Assembly (NCBI RefSeq): GCF_001642725.1
Contig: NZ_LSUQ01000026.1
Location: 1-35,464 of the forward strand
From: Ferroacidibacillus organovorans
GTDB taxonomy: Bacteria > Bacillota > Bacilli > Alicyclobacillales > SLC66
Direction: 5' to 3'
Length of the DNA stretch: 35,464 bases
In this document: positions 17,093-26,156 of the stretch, one piece after another
Position numbering within the stretch: position 1 is the stretch's first letter
Layout of the letters: each line of letters opens with the position of its first letter
Notes under the pieces: model-generated
Database searches by the model: none
The model's input: the letters and a program-made list of their open reading frames with translations, nothing else
Told to the model about the DNA's origin: nothing
Made by a program: the position numbers and the translations under genes

Positions 17093-17961
17093 GACATACC
17101 GCTTTTCACACCACGCGTAGCGTGCGCACAGTCACACTCACATTCGTCTTGATCGGTTTTTTGCTCTTTTGCCTATTTCCACTGCGCCTCGCGCATGCGA
17201 ACAGCGTGAAAAGCGATCCGCGCGCGAGCGCATTAACCGTGTCTACAGCGCAAAATGTAGACGCGATACTCGCGATTGGCCACTCTGTCACCATCCTCGG
17301 AACGGTTAGCAACACCGTTGCCGTTTTTATGGGAAACGTAACGGTTGGCCCACACGCGCAGATCGGCTTGATCCTCGACATTGGCGGCGTTGTCCATCTT
17401 GCGCCTGGCGCCACCGTGAGCGAAGGAATTTTTGTCATTGACAATCACCGCCAGACCCTTTCCGCACTCACATTTGGCGGCTTGATGAGCCTCGCCGTTT
17501 ATGGGTTTCGCATTGTCTTGGCCGCTTTTTTGTTCATCTGGTTGCTCGCTTCCGGCTATTTCATCGCTCGCCGCCACACGCCGTCAAATCATCTAGCATT
17601 TGAGCGGCCACTTCGCATCTTTTTTGCCGGATTAACCATGACCGTCATCCCGCTTCTCCTCTGCGCTGTGACGGTTCATATTCTCAGTCTCTGGCCGATT
17701 ACAGCGATCATTGTGCTGGTCTATCTCCTCAGCGCACTTGTAGGCATGGCGGTGCGCGCGGTCGCGATTGGGCGAATGATTGCAAAAACGCTCGCTGAGA
17801 CAGATCGCAAAGCCCCACTGTACGGCGCGTTGGCCGTCCTGTTGCTCACCAACGTCCCGCTCATCGGGCTTTTGATTCTCCTGCTTTTCATCGTGGATTC
17901 CGTCGGGTTATCCCTGTTCTTGCTGCGCATGAAAGCAAGATCGATGCGTCACGAAAAATAG
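17089..17961 (+). CDS. Membrane protein with an exported beta-helix-like (bactofilin / polymer-forming-like) region and a multi-TM C-terminus
   Basis: ATGA overlap at 17089; signal-like N-terminus ending AHA; Gly/Val/Ile-rich repeats (VTILGTV, GNVTVG, GGVVHL..GATV); about 5 TM segments. The ORF-track start at 16801 overlaps the previous gene. Confidence 0.6.
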   Translation: MRHTAFHTTRSVRTVTLTFVLIGFLLFCLFPLRLAHANSVKSDPRASALTVSTAQNVDAILAIGHSVTILGTVSNTVAVFMGNVTVGPHAQIGLILDIGGVVHLAPGATVSEGIFVIDNHRQTLSALTFGGLMSLAVYGFRIVLAAFLFIWLLASGYFIARRHTPSNHLAFERPLRIFFAGLTMTVIPLLLCAVTVHILSLWPITAIIVLVYLLSALVGMAVRAVAIGRMIAKTLAETDRKAPLYGALAVLLLTNVPLIGLLILLLFIVDSVGLSLFLLRMKARSMRHEK

Positions 17962-18722
17962 CGTTCACGCAGCGCGCGCAGTGCAGCACGCTCCGCCTCG
18001 ATCAAAGCGCGACGCGCTCGCGCATCCTCTGTGCCGCCGCGATTCAGGGCAAGCAGGATGCGTTCGCGCTCGTCAATCTCCAGTTCCAACGCTTCGTGCG
18101 CGAGTCGGCAGCCACTCCGAAGCGGAACTTCGCCGAGCACATACGTCATGCGTTCATCCACCGGGAGCGTCTCAAAAGGCGGCAGCCTAAGTAGCTTCTC
18201 TTGCACGTCTGCCTCATCGCAAAGCGCACTGTCCCCCACATCATACGAGAGGCACGTATAGCTTACACCGCGATCCACCATGCGCACATCTGCGCGCATG
18301 GTCCACCCCAACTGCTTCGCCAGATAGCGTAGAGTCCCTGCCGAGTCCATCGGTTGCAGTACCACGCGAAACCTGTTTTGCGCGATGTGTGGCAACGCGT
18401 GCGCAGCGGTCAAAATCGCATACATCGTCTTTCCACCCATTCCGGCAATCGTCACCGCGTCAATCTCCCCACGGTGAATCGGCGCAAATCCATTCCCGAG
18501 ACGACAGTCGATGCGCGTCTCAAGCGCTGCTTCCTTTACTTGATGGCGACTGGCTGAAAGTGGCCCTTCCACCACTTCAACGGCAATGGCGGCATTCACC
18601 TGCCCCTGCCTGACGAGCGCAATCGGCAACCCTGCGTGATCACTTCCAAGGTCTGCAACGCAGTTGCGCATACCGACGAGTGACGCAACGCGACGAAGCC
18701 GCAGTGAAAGTCCTTGATTCAT
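17949..18722 (-). CDS. trmK: tRNA (adenine(22)-N1)-methyltransferase
   Basis: LS.RL..VA, VADLGSDHA.LP, EVVEGP, RLGNG, IAGMGG, VLQP; position downstream of sigA. Confidence 0.9.
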   Translation of the reverse strand: MNQGLSLRLRRVASLVGMRNCVADLGSDHAGLPIALVRQGQVNAAIAVEVVEGPLSASRHQVKEAALETRIDCRLGNGFAPIHRGEIDAVTIAGMGGKTMYAILTAAHALPHIAQNRFRVVLQPMDSAGTLRYLAKQLGWTMRADVRMVDRGVSYTCLSYDVGDSALCDEADVQEKLLRLPPFETLPVDERMTYVLGEVPLRSGCRLAHEALELEIDERERILLALNRGGTEDARARRALIEAERAALRALRERYFS

Positions 18723-18782
18723 CCAAAAACTCCTTAGCTGTCATTCCCTCTCACCTACGCGGTGCACGAGCAGTCTGGCATG

Positions 18783-19925
18783 TTAACAGCCGATCTGCCG
18801 AGCAATCACCAACCTCTGAATTTCAGACGTGCCTTCGCCAATCTCCATCAGCTTCGCATCGCGAAAATAGCGTTCAACCGGAAAATCAGAGACGTAGCCG
18901 GCACCGCCATGGATCTGCACCGCCTGATCGCATGTCCGCACACACGTTTCCGATGCAAACAGTTTGGCCATCGCCGCCTCTTTTGAAAAAGACCTTCCCT
19001 GATCCTTGAGCCACGCCGCACGCAGTACTGCCGTGCGCGCAAGTTCAAGATGCATCGCCATATCGGCCAATTTAAACTGGATCGCCTGCATTTTTGAGAG
19101 CGAGTGCCCGAATTGAACGCGCTCCTTGGCGTAGCGAAGCGCCGCTTCGTATGCGGCGCGCGCAATGCCAACCGATAGGGCGCCGATGCTGATACGACCG
19201 CCGTCAAGCGTTTTTAAAAACTGCTTAAACCCTTCCGTCTCCGAGCCCAAGCGATTGCCTAAAGGAATTCTCACCTCGTCAAACGCTAACTCCGTCGTGT
19301 CACTGCCGCGCAAGCCCATTTTTTCATACGTGCGAAGGATCGCAAACCCATCAGAATCGGTTGGTACGATGAACGCGCCGATTTGCTTTTTACCGCGTGA
19401 ATCCTCGCCTGTCACCGCAGTGACGATGACACACTTCGCATAAGAGGCGTTGGTGATGTAACATTTTGATCCCGTGATGAAATACGCATCATCGACTCGT
19501 TTTGCCCGCGTCTGTGTTCCACCCGCATCCGATCCGGCAGACGGCTCCGTCAACCCGAACGAGCCTAGCGCCTCCCCCCGCGCGAGGGGCACCAAATAGG
19601 TTTCCTTCTGTTCAACGGTCCCAAACGCTTGCAGTGGGCCACACCCGAGGCTGACGTGCGCGGCATAGCTGAGACCGGTACTCCCGCACGCCCGACCGAT
19701 TTCTTCGACGGCCAACGCGTAACTGACGGTATCTGCCCCCGCTCCACCATACGCCTCATCAATCGGGAGACCGAGCAAGCCGAGCTTCCCCATTTTCCGA
19801 AATGTTTCAATTGGAAACCGCCCTGTGCGATCCACCTCTTGTGCCAGCGGTTCAATTTCAGCTGTTGCAAACTCGCGCACCATGTCGCGAATCATCGACT
19901 GCTCATTCGAAAGATCAAAATCCAT
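18783..19925 (-). CDS. Acyl-CoA dehydrogenase
   Basis: FGLTEPSAGSD, GSKCYITNA, KMGLRGS, GRISIGA, R.QFG, Q.IQFKLADM, QIHGG.GY, RDAKLMEIGEGTSEIQR; start moved to ATG 19925 (AAGGGG RBS). Confidence 0.93.
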   Translation of the reverse strand: MDFDLSNEQSMIRDMVREFATAEIEPLAQEVDRTGRFPIETFRKMGKLGLLGLPIDEAYGGAGADTVSYALAVEEIGRACGSTGLSYAAHVSLGCGPLQAFGTVEQKETYLVPLARGEALGSFGLTEPSAGSDAGGTQTRAKRVDDAYFITGSKCYITNASYAKCVIVTAVTGEDSRGKKQIGAFIVPTDSDGFAILRTYEKMGLRGSDTTELAFDEVRIPLGNRLGSETEGFKQFLKTLDGGRISIGALSVGIARAAYEAALRYAKERVQFGHSLSKMQAIQFKLADMAMHLELARTAVLRAAWLKDQGRSFSKEAAMAKLFASETCVRTCDQAVQIHGGAGYVSDFPVERYFRDAKLMEIGEGTSEIQRLVIARQIGC

Positions 19926-19967
19926 TGTGGACGCCCCTTTGACCAACCGTTAGGTAGCTACCCATTC

Positions 19968-19995
19968 AGCATATCAAAACACACAGCGCCGTCAA
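19968..19995 (-). promoter_or_regulatory. SigA-type promoter for the acyl-CoA dehydrogenase, embedded in the sigA terminator
   Basis: Minus strand TTGACG, 16 bp, TATGCT with TGn extension. Confidence 0.5.
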
Positions 19996-20008
19996 TCGCT
20001 GTGTGTTT
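19977..20008 (-). terminator. Terminator hairpin downstream of sigA
   Basis: 12-bp perfect inverted repeat AAACACACAGCG/CGCTGTGTGTTT ending in T residues. Confidence 0.7.
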
Positions 20009-20072
20009 GCTGCCTGTCTATATGCTGTGAATAAAACCGTTGACGGTGCCCGTGTTTGCAGAGTGAATCACA

Positions 20073-21245
20073 TTATTCGAGAAAGTCTTTCAAACGCTTG
20101 CTGCGACTCGGGTGACGCAGCTTTCGCAGTGCCTTCGCCTCGATTTGACGAATTCGTTCGCGCGTCACACCAAACACTTTACCCACTTCTTCAAGTGTGC
20201 GCGTACGACCGTCATCGAGACCAAAGCGCAGGCGCAGCACATTCTCTTCCCGCTCCGTCAGCGTATCGAGAACATCTTCCAACTGCTCCTTGAGAAGTTC
20301 ATACGCCGCCGCATCCGCTGGCGCCAACGCGTCATCGTCAGGGATAAAATCGCCAAGATGCGAGTCATCCTCTTCGCCAATCGGCGTTTCAAGAGAAACA
20401 GGCTCTTGAGCAATTTTTTGAATCTCACGCACTTTTTCAGGACTCATGTCCATCTCTGACGCAATCTCTTCCGCGCTTGGCTCGCGCCCGAGTTCCTGCA
20501 GCAATTGTCGAGAGATTCGGATTAACTTGTTGATCGTCTCGACCATGTGAACGGGAATTCGAATGGTTCGCGCCTGATCGGCAATCGCGCGTGTGATCGC
20601 CTGCCGAATCCACCACGTCGCGTACGTGCTAAACTTGTAGCCTTTGCTATAGTCAAACTTTTCGACTGCTTTCATGAGGCCCATGTTGCCTTCTTGGATT
20701 AAGTCAAGAAACAACATCCCACGCCCAACGTAGCGTTTGGCGATACTGACGACAAGGCGCAGATTCGCTTCCGCCAATCGCCGCTTTGCCTCTTCATCAT
20801 CCTGCTCAATCCGTTTCGCGAGTTGAATCTCATCGTCTGCCGACAAGAGCGGAACGCGACCAATCTCCTTTAGATACATGCGAACCGGATCGTTGATCTT
20901 GACGCCTGCCGGCACAGTCAAATCAGACAGGTCAAGCTCTTCTTCGCCACGCGCATCGTCTTCGGTCAATTCGCGCTCTTCTGTGCCGAGTTCATCCTCG
21001 TCTTCATCCTCATCGTCCACATCTTCATCCACGACATCCGCCTCATTGAGCACCTCGATGCCAAGGTCTGCGAGTTGATCGAAAAACTCTTCAATCTGTT
21101 CCGCATCCTGCTCAAAAGGAGACATTCTTGTCATAATTTCTGTATACGCGAGATGACCACGTTTTTTCCCGGCGGACAAAAGATGCTCGCGCACTTCCTC
21201 CAGCGTGGTTTCAAGCCTCGCCTCATCGCGCACCTCTTTACTCAT
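20073..21245 (-). CDS. sigA: RNA polymerase primary sigma factor SigA/RpoD
   Basis: [95 protein letters not shown]. Confidence 0.99.
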   Translation of the reverse strand: MSKEVRDEARLETTLEEVREHLLSAGKKRGHLAYTEIMTRMSPFEQDAEQIEEFFDQLADLGIEVLNEADVVDEDVDDEDEDEDELGTEERELTEDDARGEEELDLSDLTVPAGVKINDPVRMYLKEIGRVPLLSADDEIQLAKRIEQDDEEAKRRLAEANLRLVVSIAKRYVGRGMLFLDLIQEGNMGLMKAVEKFDYSKGYKFSTYATWWIRQAITRAIADQARTIRIPVHMVETINKLIRISRQLLQELGREPSAEEIASEMDMSPEKVREIQKIAQEPVSLETPIGEEDDSHLGDFIPDDDALAPADAAAYELLKEQLEDVLDTLTEREENVLRLRFGLDDGRTRTLEEVGKVFGVTRERIRQIEAKALRKLRHPSRSKRLKDFLE

Positions 21246-21339
21246 CGTCCGCTCCCCCTTGTCTTCGCATCATCCGCGTAAAGCACCCTTGCGCAGGCGC
21301 CAAAACAGCGAACGCCTTACCACACGTGACGCTTTCCAT

Positions 21340-23139
21340 CTACGCCAGTTGACTGCGAAGTCGTTTTAACTCTTCTTGCGCCGCCCTCATCGCTTCCAAA
21401 TCCCCACGCGCGAAGGACGCCTTGATTTCGTTTTCCAAGTGCTCAATCTCGGGACTCGCCCTAAAGCGTTCAAGACACTGAAGGTAGTCCTGTACAGCCG
21501 CTTCTTCGTCATTGCCTTTCTGCAATTCAGGCGTTCTTGAAAGAAGCCTCGCCGCATAATTCACAGCGGAAGGATCGTCAAGCGACGAAAGAAACGCCGC
21601 CGCATCCGCCTCCATATGCGTACCATAAAACGAAACTAGATACGCCTGAAGTGCGCTTTGTTCAGGAAGCGGAAACTCTCCTTGAAACGTTTCGGCGATT
21701 CGTAGCGCCACACTGCGATCACTCAACATGCGAAGCAGCAACTGGTCAGCTGCCACCTCATGTTTCAGCGGTAGGCGTTTTACAGGCGCTGCCTGGGACA
21801 CGCTGCTCCCGGGCATAAACTGCACCCGTTTCCCTTTGGTCTCAAGAGCGCGACGCAGGCGTGAGACATCTTCACGGAGTGCTTCGATCGGACTTTGGTA
21901 CGTTTCTGCAAGGTACGCAAGCGCCTCTTCACGTTCCACGGCGCTTTCATCCTTCGCCAGAATCGCCTCAGCATCTTTCACGTAAGCGAGACGGCCACTC
22001 GTCAAATGGTTTGGGTGACTGCGCGTCAAATGATGCAGTTCAAACATCAACCCAGACACAGCCGCATCCAACACCTCAACGTGAAAAGCACTCGCATCAC
22101 GCGTTTTTAGATATTCATCCGGATCGATTCCGCTCGGTAGTCGCGCCACACGCACGGCCAAGCCTGCCTGCCGTAGAATCGGAAGATTGCGCGCCGCGGC
22201 ACGCTGTCCCGCCTCGTCTCCGTCATAGAGCAGTACGACCTCATCCGCGATGCGCTTTAAAATAACCGCCTGTTCGGACGTAAGCGCTGTGCCGAGTGCG
22301 GCCACTGCATTCTCGACGCCCGCCTGATGGAGCGCCAAAACATCCATATATCCTTCGGCCAGAAGTACCAATCCTGACTTTCGGATGGCGCGTCGCGCGC
22401 GATGAAACCCGTATAAAAGCTGCCCCTTTTGAAAGAGCGATGTTTCGGCTGTGTTCAAGTACTTCGGTTCTTCGCCTCCGAGCGTGCGGGCGCCAAAACC
22501 GACGACACGTCCCTGAGCATCCCAAATGGGGTACATGACGCGATGCCGAAAGCGATCACGCAACAAACCTGAACGTTCCACTGCCAAGTTTGTCTCCAAG
22601 AGAATTTCGCGTGAGACCTGTCTTTTTTGCAAAAAGTCAACCAAGGTCTGCTCCCCTTGCGGGGCGTAGCCCAATTGATAGTCCATGATGATTTTCTTGC
22701 TCAAGTTGCGGCCTAAAAGATAGGTGAGCCCTTGCATACCCGCATCATGATTCATTACAATGTGGTTATAGAACTTTGCAGCGAGATCGAGTGCGCGCAA
22801 ACGCTCCGATCGATCAGATCCTTCACCTAGTTCAGCTTGAAGCCATTCATTGGGAAAGGGCAGTCTCGCTTGTTCAGCCAATCGACGAACAGCTTCAACA
22901 AACGGGAGTTGCTCCATTTCCATGACAAACGTAATCGCGCTACCACCAGCGCCACAACCGAAACAGTGATAAAATCCTTTTGCCGGATGCACGTGAAACG
23001 ATGGCGAACGCTCAGCGTGAAAGGGGCACAAGCCCACATAGGATCTCCCCGATCGCTTTAAGCGAACATATTCGGAGATCACATCGACAAGATTAATACG
23101 GTCACGCAAGAGGGCTAAAAACTCGTCAGGTACACGCAC
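21340..23139 (-). CDS. dnaG: DNA primase
   Basis: Zinc finger CPFH...CFGC, DRFR.R.M.PI, PKYLNT.ET, EGYMDV, LGTALT, YDGDEAG, DPDE; start moved to GTG 23139 (GGAGG RBS). Confidence 0.97.
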   Translation of the reverse strand: MRVPDEFLALLRDRINLVDVISEYVRLKRSGRSYVGLCPFHAERSPSFHVHPAKGFYHCFGCGAGGSAITFVMEMEQLPFVEAVRRLAEQARLPFPNEWLQAELGEGSDRSERLRALDLAAKFYNHIVMNHDAGMQGLTYLLGRNLSKKIIMDYQLGYAPQGEQTLVDFLQKRQVSREILLETNLAVERSGLLRDRFRHRVMYPIWDAQGRVVGFGARTLGGEEPKYLNTAETSLFQKGQLLYGFHRARRAIRKSGLVLLAEGYMDVLALHQAGVENAVAALGTALTSEQAVILKRIADEVVLLYDGDEAGQRAAARNLPILRQAGLAVRVARLPSGIDPDEYLKTRDASAFHVEVLDAAVSGLMFELHHLTRSHPNHLTSGRLAYVKDAEAILAKDESAVEREEALAYLAETYQSPIEALREDVSRLRRALETKGKRVQFMPGSSVSQAAPVKRLPLKHEVAADQLLLRMLSDRSVALRIAETFQGEFPLPEQSALQAYLVSFYGTHMEADAAAFLSSLDDPSAVNYAARLLSRTPELQKGNDEEAAVQDYLQCLERFRASPEIEHLENEIKASFARGDLEAMRAAQEELKRLRSQLA

Positions 23140-23197
23140 GACAACGCCTCCCCTTGCCAAGACGTCGTTGTCTGTCTTCATTTCACTTATAGAATCT

Positions 23198-23228
23198 TAA
23201 TTCGCCAAGATTCAACACATTTCCTGCC
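23198..23228 (-). promoter_or_regulatory. SigH-type promoter upstream of dnaG
   Basis: Minus strand GCAGGAAAT ... GGCGAATTA with an 18-bp AGGA-GAAT spacing; the B. subtilis dnaG-sigA operon has SigH promoters. Confidence 0.65.
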
Positions 23229-23274
23229 TCATCGCGCAAGAATTTCTCGCACGGCCCTCCCCGTACACAAACTG

Positions 23275-23281
23275 TTCGACA
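23275..23281 (-). promoter_or_regulatory. Spo0A box
   Basis: Perfect TGTCGAA on the minus strand in the dnaG upstream intergenic region, with an adjacent degenerate AGTCAAA. Confidence 0.5.
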
Positions 23282-23448
23282 TTTGACTAGTCTGTGTATT
23301 CATTTCCAATTCTAAACATCTGCTGATCTTACCTTTTCTACACACTATAGATGTACGCAACTTGACGAAAATAATCCTTCTTCCCGCATGCGAAATCCAC
23401 ACTTTACAAAAAGTTTTCACGTCTGGACCACACGTCCGCGCCATCCCG

Positions 23449-24279
23449 TCAAGAATATGGGATAGCGCGCGACTTCGGCCACTCTAAAAGTGTCATCACT
23501 TTGCTGGCCGTTTCTTCGACGGCAAGCTTTGAGACATCAATGACAGGACACCCGACGCGCCGCATCACATCATCTGCGAAGCGCAACTCCTCAAGGATGC
23601 GCGCCTGGCTTGCGTAGCTCGCCGACTCGGTGAGACCGAGCGCGCGCAAGCGCTCCTGACGAATCTCATTAAGCTCCTCAGCCCGAATGGTGAGACCAAT
23701 CACACGCCCGTGCGGGAGCGCAAACAGTTCTTCAGGCGGCTGCACCTCAGGAACCAGCGGGACATTTGCGACGCGCAGTCGCCGATGCGCCAAATACATG
23801 CTGAGCGGCGTTTTCGACGTGCGCGAAACGCCAATCAATACAACATCCGCACGCGCAAGTCCGCGCGAGTCACGTCCGTCATCATACTTGACCGCAAACT
23901 CAATTGCTTCAACGCGCCGGAAGTAGTCATCGTCCAGTTGATGGATCAGTCCAGGACGCAGCGCTGGCAGCGCGTTGAACACATCTTCAAACGCGGTCAT
24001 CATTGGCCCCATGATGTCAACCGCCCGCACATTCGCACGCGCCGCCGCCTCGCGCATCGATTCGCGCAGCGCAGGAAGAATCAGCGTATACGCGATAAAT
24101 CCGGCAACCTCTGCCGCCGCCGCCACGATCTCCTCGATCGCCTCCACGTGGTCGACATATGAAATGCGCCGAATATCAAAGTGCCCTTGATCAAATTGAC
24201 TGGCCGCAGCTCTGACGACAAATTCAGCCGTCTCGCCGACCGAATCGGAAACGACATAGACAACGCGTGATCGATTCAC
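23449..24279 (-). CDS. yqfL: PEP synthase / pyruvate phosphate dikinase regulatory kinase-pyrophosphorylase (DUF299, YqfL/PpsR)
   Basis: VSDSVGETAE, YF.RVEAIEFAVKYDDG, GVSRTSKTPLS.YLA, ANVPLV, AVEETA; start moved to GTG 24279 (GAGGAGG RBS). Confidence 0.93.
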   Translation of the reverse strand: MNRSRVVYVVSDSVGETAEFVVRAAASQFDQGHFDIRRISYVDHVEAIEEIVAAAAEVAGFIAYTLILPALRESMREAAARANVRAVDIMGPMMTAFEDVFNALPALRPGLIHQLDDDYFRRVEAIEFAVKYDDGRDSRGLARADVVLIGVSRTSKTPLSMYLAHRRLRVANVPLVPEVQPPEELFALPHGRVIGLTIRAEELNEIRQERLRALGLTESASYASQARILEELRFADDVMRRVGCPVIDVSKLAVEETASKVMTLLEWPKSRAIPYS

Positions 24280-24313
24280 ACCGTTCCTCCTCGATTCCTT
24301 TTTTGCACAACGC

Positions 24314-24952
24314 TTAGACCTGTTTTGATTCTCCGAGTTCGACAAACAGCCTTGTGATGGTCGTTTTGGTTACCCTGCCGACCACTTCCCACTGCCCGCT
24401 CGCCACTTCAGACGGAATAACGACTGGAAGTGAATCAATCTGCGCGTGAATCAAGAGCTTCCCCGCGTCATAAATCGACGTTTCTGGTTTCACCGTATAA
24501 ATGTTTGGCATGCGCGTCATCGCAATCGAAATCGGGACTTCCTTTAAGGTCGTCTGGCCAATCGCTAACTTCAGGAGATCTTTGCGCGAAAGCACGCCAC
24601 AGAGAATGCCCCCGTCGCGCACCACAAAAAGCGTCCCGACATCTTCCAAGAACATGGTGACTGTCGCATCGTACGCGGTCGTCTGTTCATGAACGACGAT
24701 CGGCACCGACTTATAATCACGCACGAGCGATTTGCGAAGCAGTTCCCCGAATACGCTAGCCGTCTGATTGCCTACATAGAAGTACCCGACACGCGGTCGC
24801 GCGTCAAGAATTCCCGAAAGTGTCAGCACCGTGAGATCAGGGCGCAGCGTTGCGCGTGTAAAGTTCAGGAGTTCAGCGATCTTCTCACCGGTAATCGGCC
24901 CATTCTCACGAACGATTGCGATGATTTGTTCTTGTCGTTTGGAGAGATCGAT
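24314..24952 (-). CDS. ccpN: Transcriptional repressor CcpN (HTH plus CBS pair); apparent ATC start
   Basis: The frame of ORF 24314..24829 stays open upstream as IDLSKRQEQIIAIVRENGPITGEKIAELLNFTRATLRPDL.VL...G.L.ARPRVGYFY, the CcpN N-terminus; adjacent to yqfL. Confidence 0.9.
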   Translation of the reverse strand: MDLSKRQEQIIAIVRENGPITGEKIAELLNFTRATLRPDLTVLTLSGILDARPRVGYFYVGNQTASVFGELLRKSLVRDYKSVPIVVHEQTTAYDATVTMFLEDVGTLFVVRDGGILCGVLSRKDLLKLAIGQTTLKEVPISIAMTRMPNIYTVKPETSIYDAGKLLIHAQIDSLPVVIPSEVASGQWEVVGRVTKTTITRLFVELGESKQV

Positions 24953-25036
24953 AGGGGTTCACCTACGCTTCCCGTTGTTAAGCAAACCGCTCCCGTGATA
25001 TGATGCAGACGAGGGTCTTTAAAAGGAGAATGCCAT

Positions 25037-25255
25037 TTGCACAGTCTGCTTCATCTCGGTCTTGGTGCCATCCTCGTGCTCGCCTGTGGCGCTGCCACCG
25101 CGCGATTTACTTCGTTTAGCACTCCTGCAGAACCGTTTGCCTGGAATATGTCTCTTTTAAAGCGAAGAGCGTTTTGGATCGGCGTTTTTGTTGGACTTAT
25201 GTTTCTTTACTCTGATTATAAGTTTGATAAAGCGTTTGTACATCCAATCGCGTAA
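25037..25255 (+). CDS. Small hypothetical membrane protein (72 aa)
   Basis: AAAGGAG RBS before TTG, two hydrophobic segments, own downstream terminator. Confidence 0.65.
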   Translation: MHSLLHLGLGAILVLACGAATARFTSFSTPAEPFAWNMSLLKRRAFWIGVFVGLMFLYSDYKFDKAFVHPIA

Positions 25256-25281
25256 TCATCGTATCTCCGCTGCATGGATCT

Positions 25282-25313
25282 CCGTCTGCCAAGTTTTGCG
25301 CAGGCGGTTTTTT
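25282..25313 (+). terminator. Rho-independent terminator
   Basis: CCGTCTGC/GCAGGCGG stem followed by T6. Confidence 0.65.
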
Positions 25314-25364
25314 CTTGTGACACGATCTACGAGTGTAGAATGCTACCACGAAAAAGCGACCGTT

Positions 25365-26156
25365 TCAAGATTCATCAAACATTTTCCTCATTTGCGTGAG
25401 AACGCGAAGAGGTTTTGAAGAAATGCCTGCTTGTTCCTCTAGAATCGCAAAGAGAACGCGCAATAAGGTATTTACGGTTGTTTCTCTTAGGTCTATGGTG
25501 TTCACACGCATGAGAGGGACATGAACCATTTTTCGCATCAAGGACGTTTGCCGTGCCGACAGATACGTTCCTGTCTGCTCACCCACCGCGCACGCAGTGC
25601 AAAGATACCCCGTTTCGCGAAAACTGTAAACCACTTCACCTTTTTCGCCACAGCGCAAACAAGAATCGCCTTCCAAGTCAATACCAAGCGCACGCGCCGC
25701 GCGAAATCCAAAGTGACAGAGTACGCCGGCCGCTGATTGCGACGGAAGCAAGCGAAGGGCCGCCTCTAATTCGCGAAACAGCTCGCCGTTTCTGTCCGCA
25801 CCTTCCATGCCTTCCGTCGCGCGCATCCAGTCACACATGATGAGTGCATAAAGCGAACACGCGGGATCTGCGGTGACGTCTTGATGACCTTTTAGAATTT
25901 GCGCTTGCTTTACCTCAAATAGAGCGTGCTGCCCGCGTGCTTGTGCGTTCAAAAAAGTGCTCGGACGTACATAATAGATTCCGAGCGTCAAGGGGAGCAA
26001 CGCATGCGCAAGCTCGTTTGCGGACGTTGCCGCGCCATAGGCGATACAACGCATAATTCCTATTTTTTCACTAAAAAGGGTTACCAAAAGATGTTTCTCA
26101 CCATACCGTTTCGCATCAAGAACAATGGCGCGAATCGTCTCAAACGTCAGGCTCAT
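25365..26156 (-). CDS. recO: DNA repair protein RecO
   Basis: AIVL...YGE...LVTLFS...G...IA.GA OB-fold start, CLRC...CTAC zinc finger, position after era-yqzL; start at ATG 26156 or 26183. Confidence 0.88.
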   Translation of the reverse strand: MSLTFETIRAIVLDAKRYGEKHLLVTLFSEKIGIMRCIAYGAATSANELAHALLPLTLGIYYVRPSTFLNAQARGQHALFEVKQAQILKGHQDVTADPACSLYALIMCDWMRATEGMEGADRNGELFRELEAALRLLPSQSAAGVLCHFGFRAARALGIDLEGDSCLRCGEKGEVVYSFRETGYLCTACAVGEQTGTYLSARQTSLMRKMVHVPLMRVNTIDLRETTVNTLLRVLFAILEEQAGISSKPLRVLTQMRKMFDES

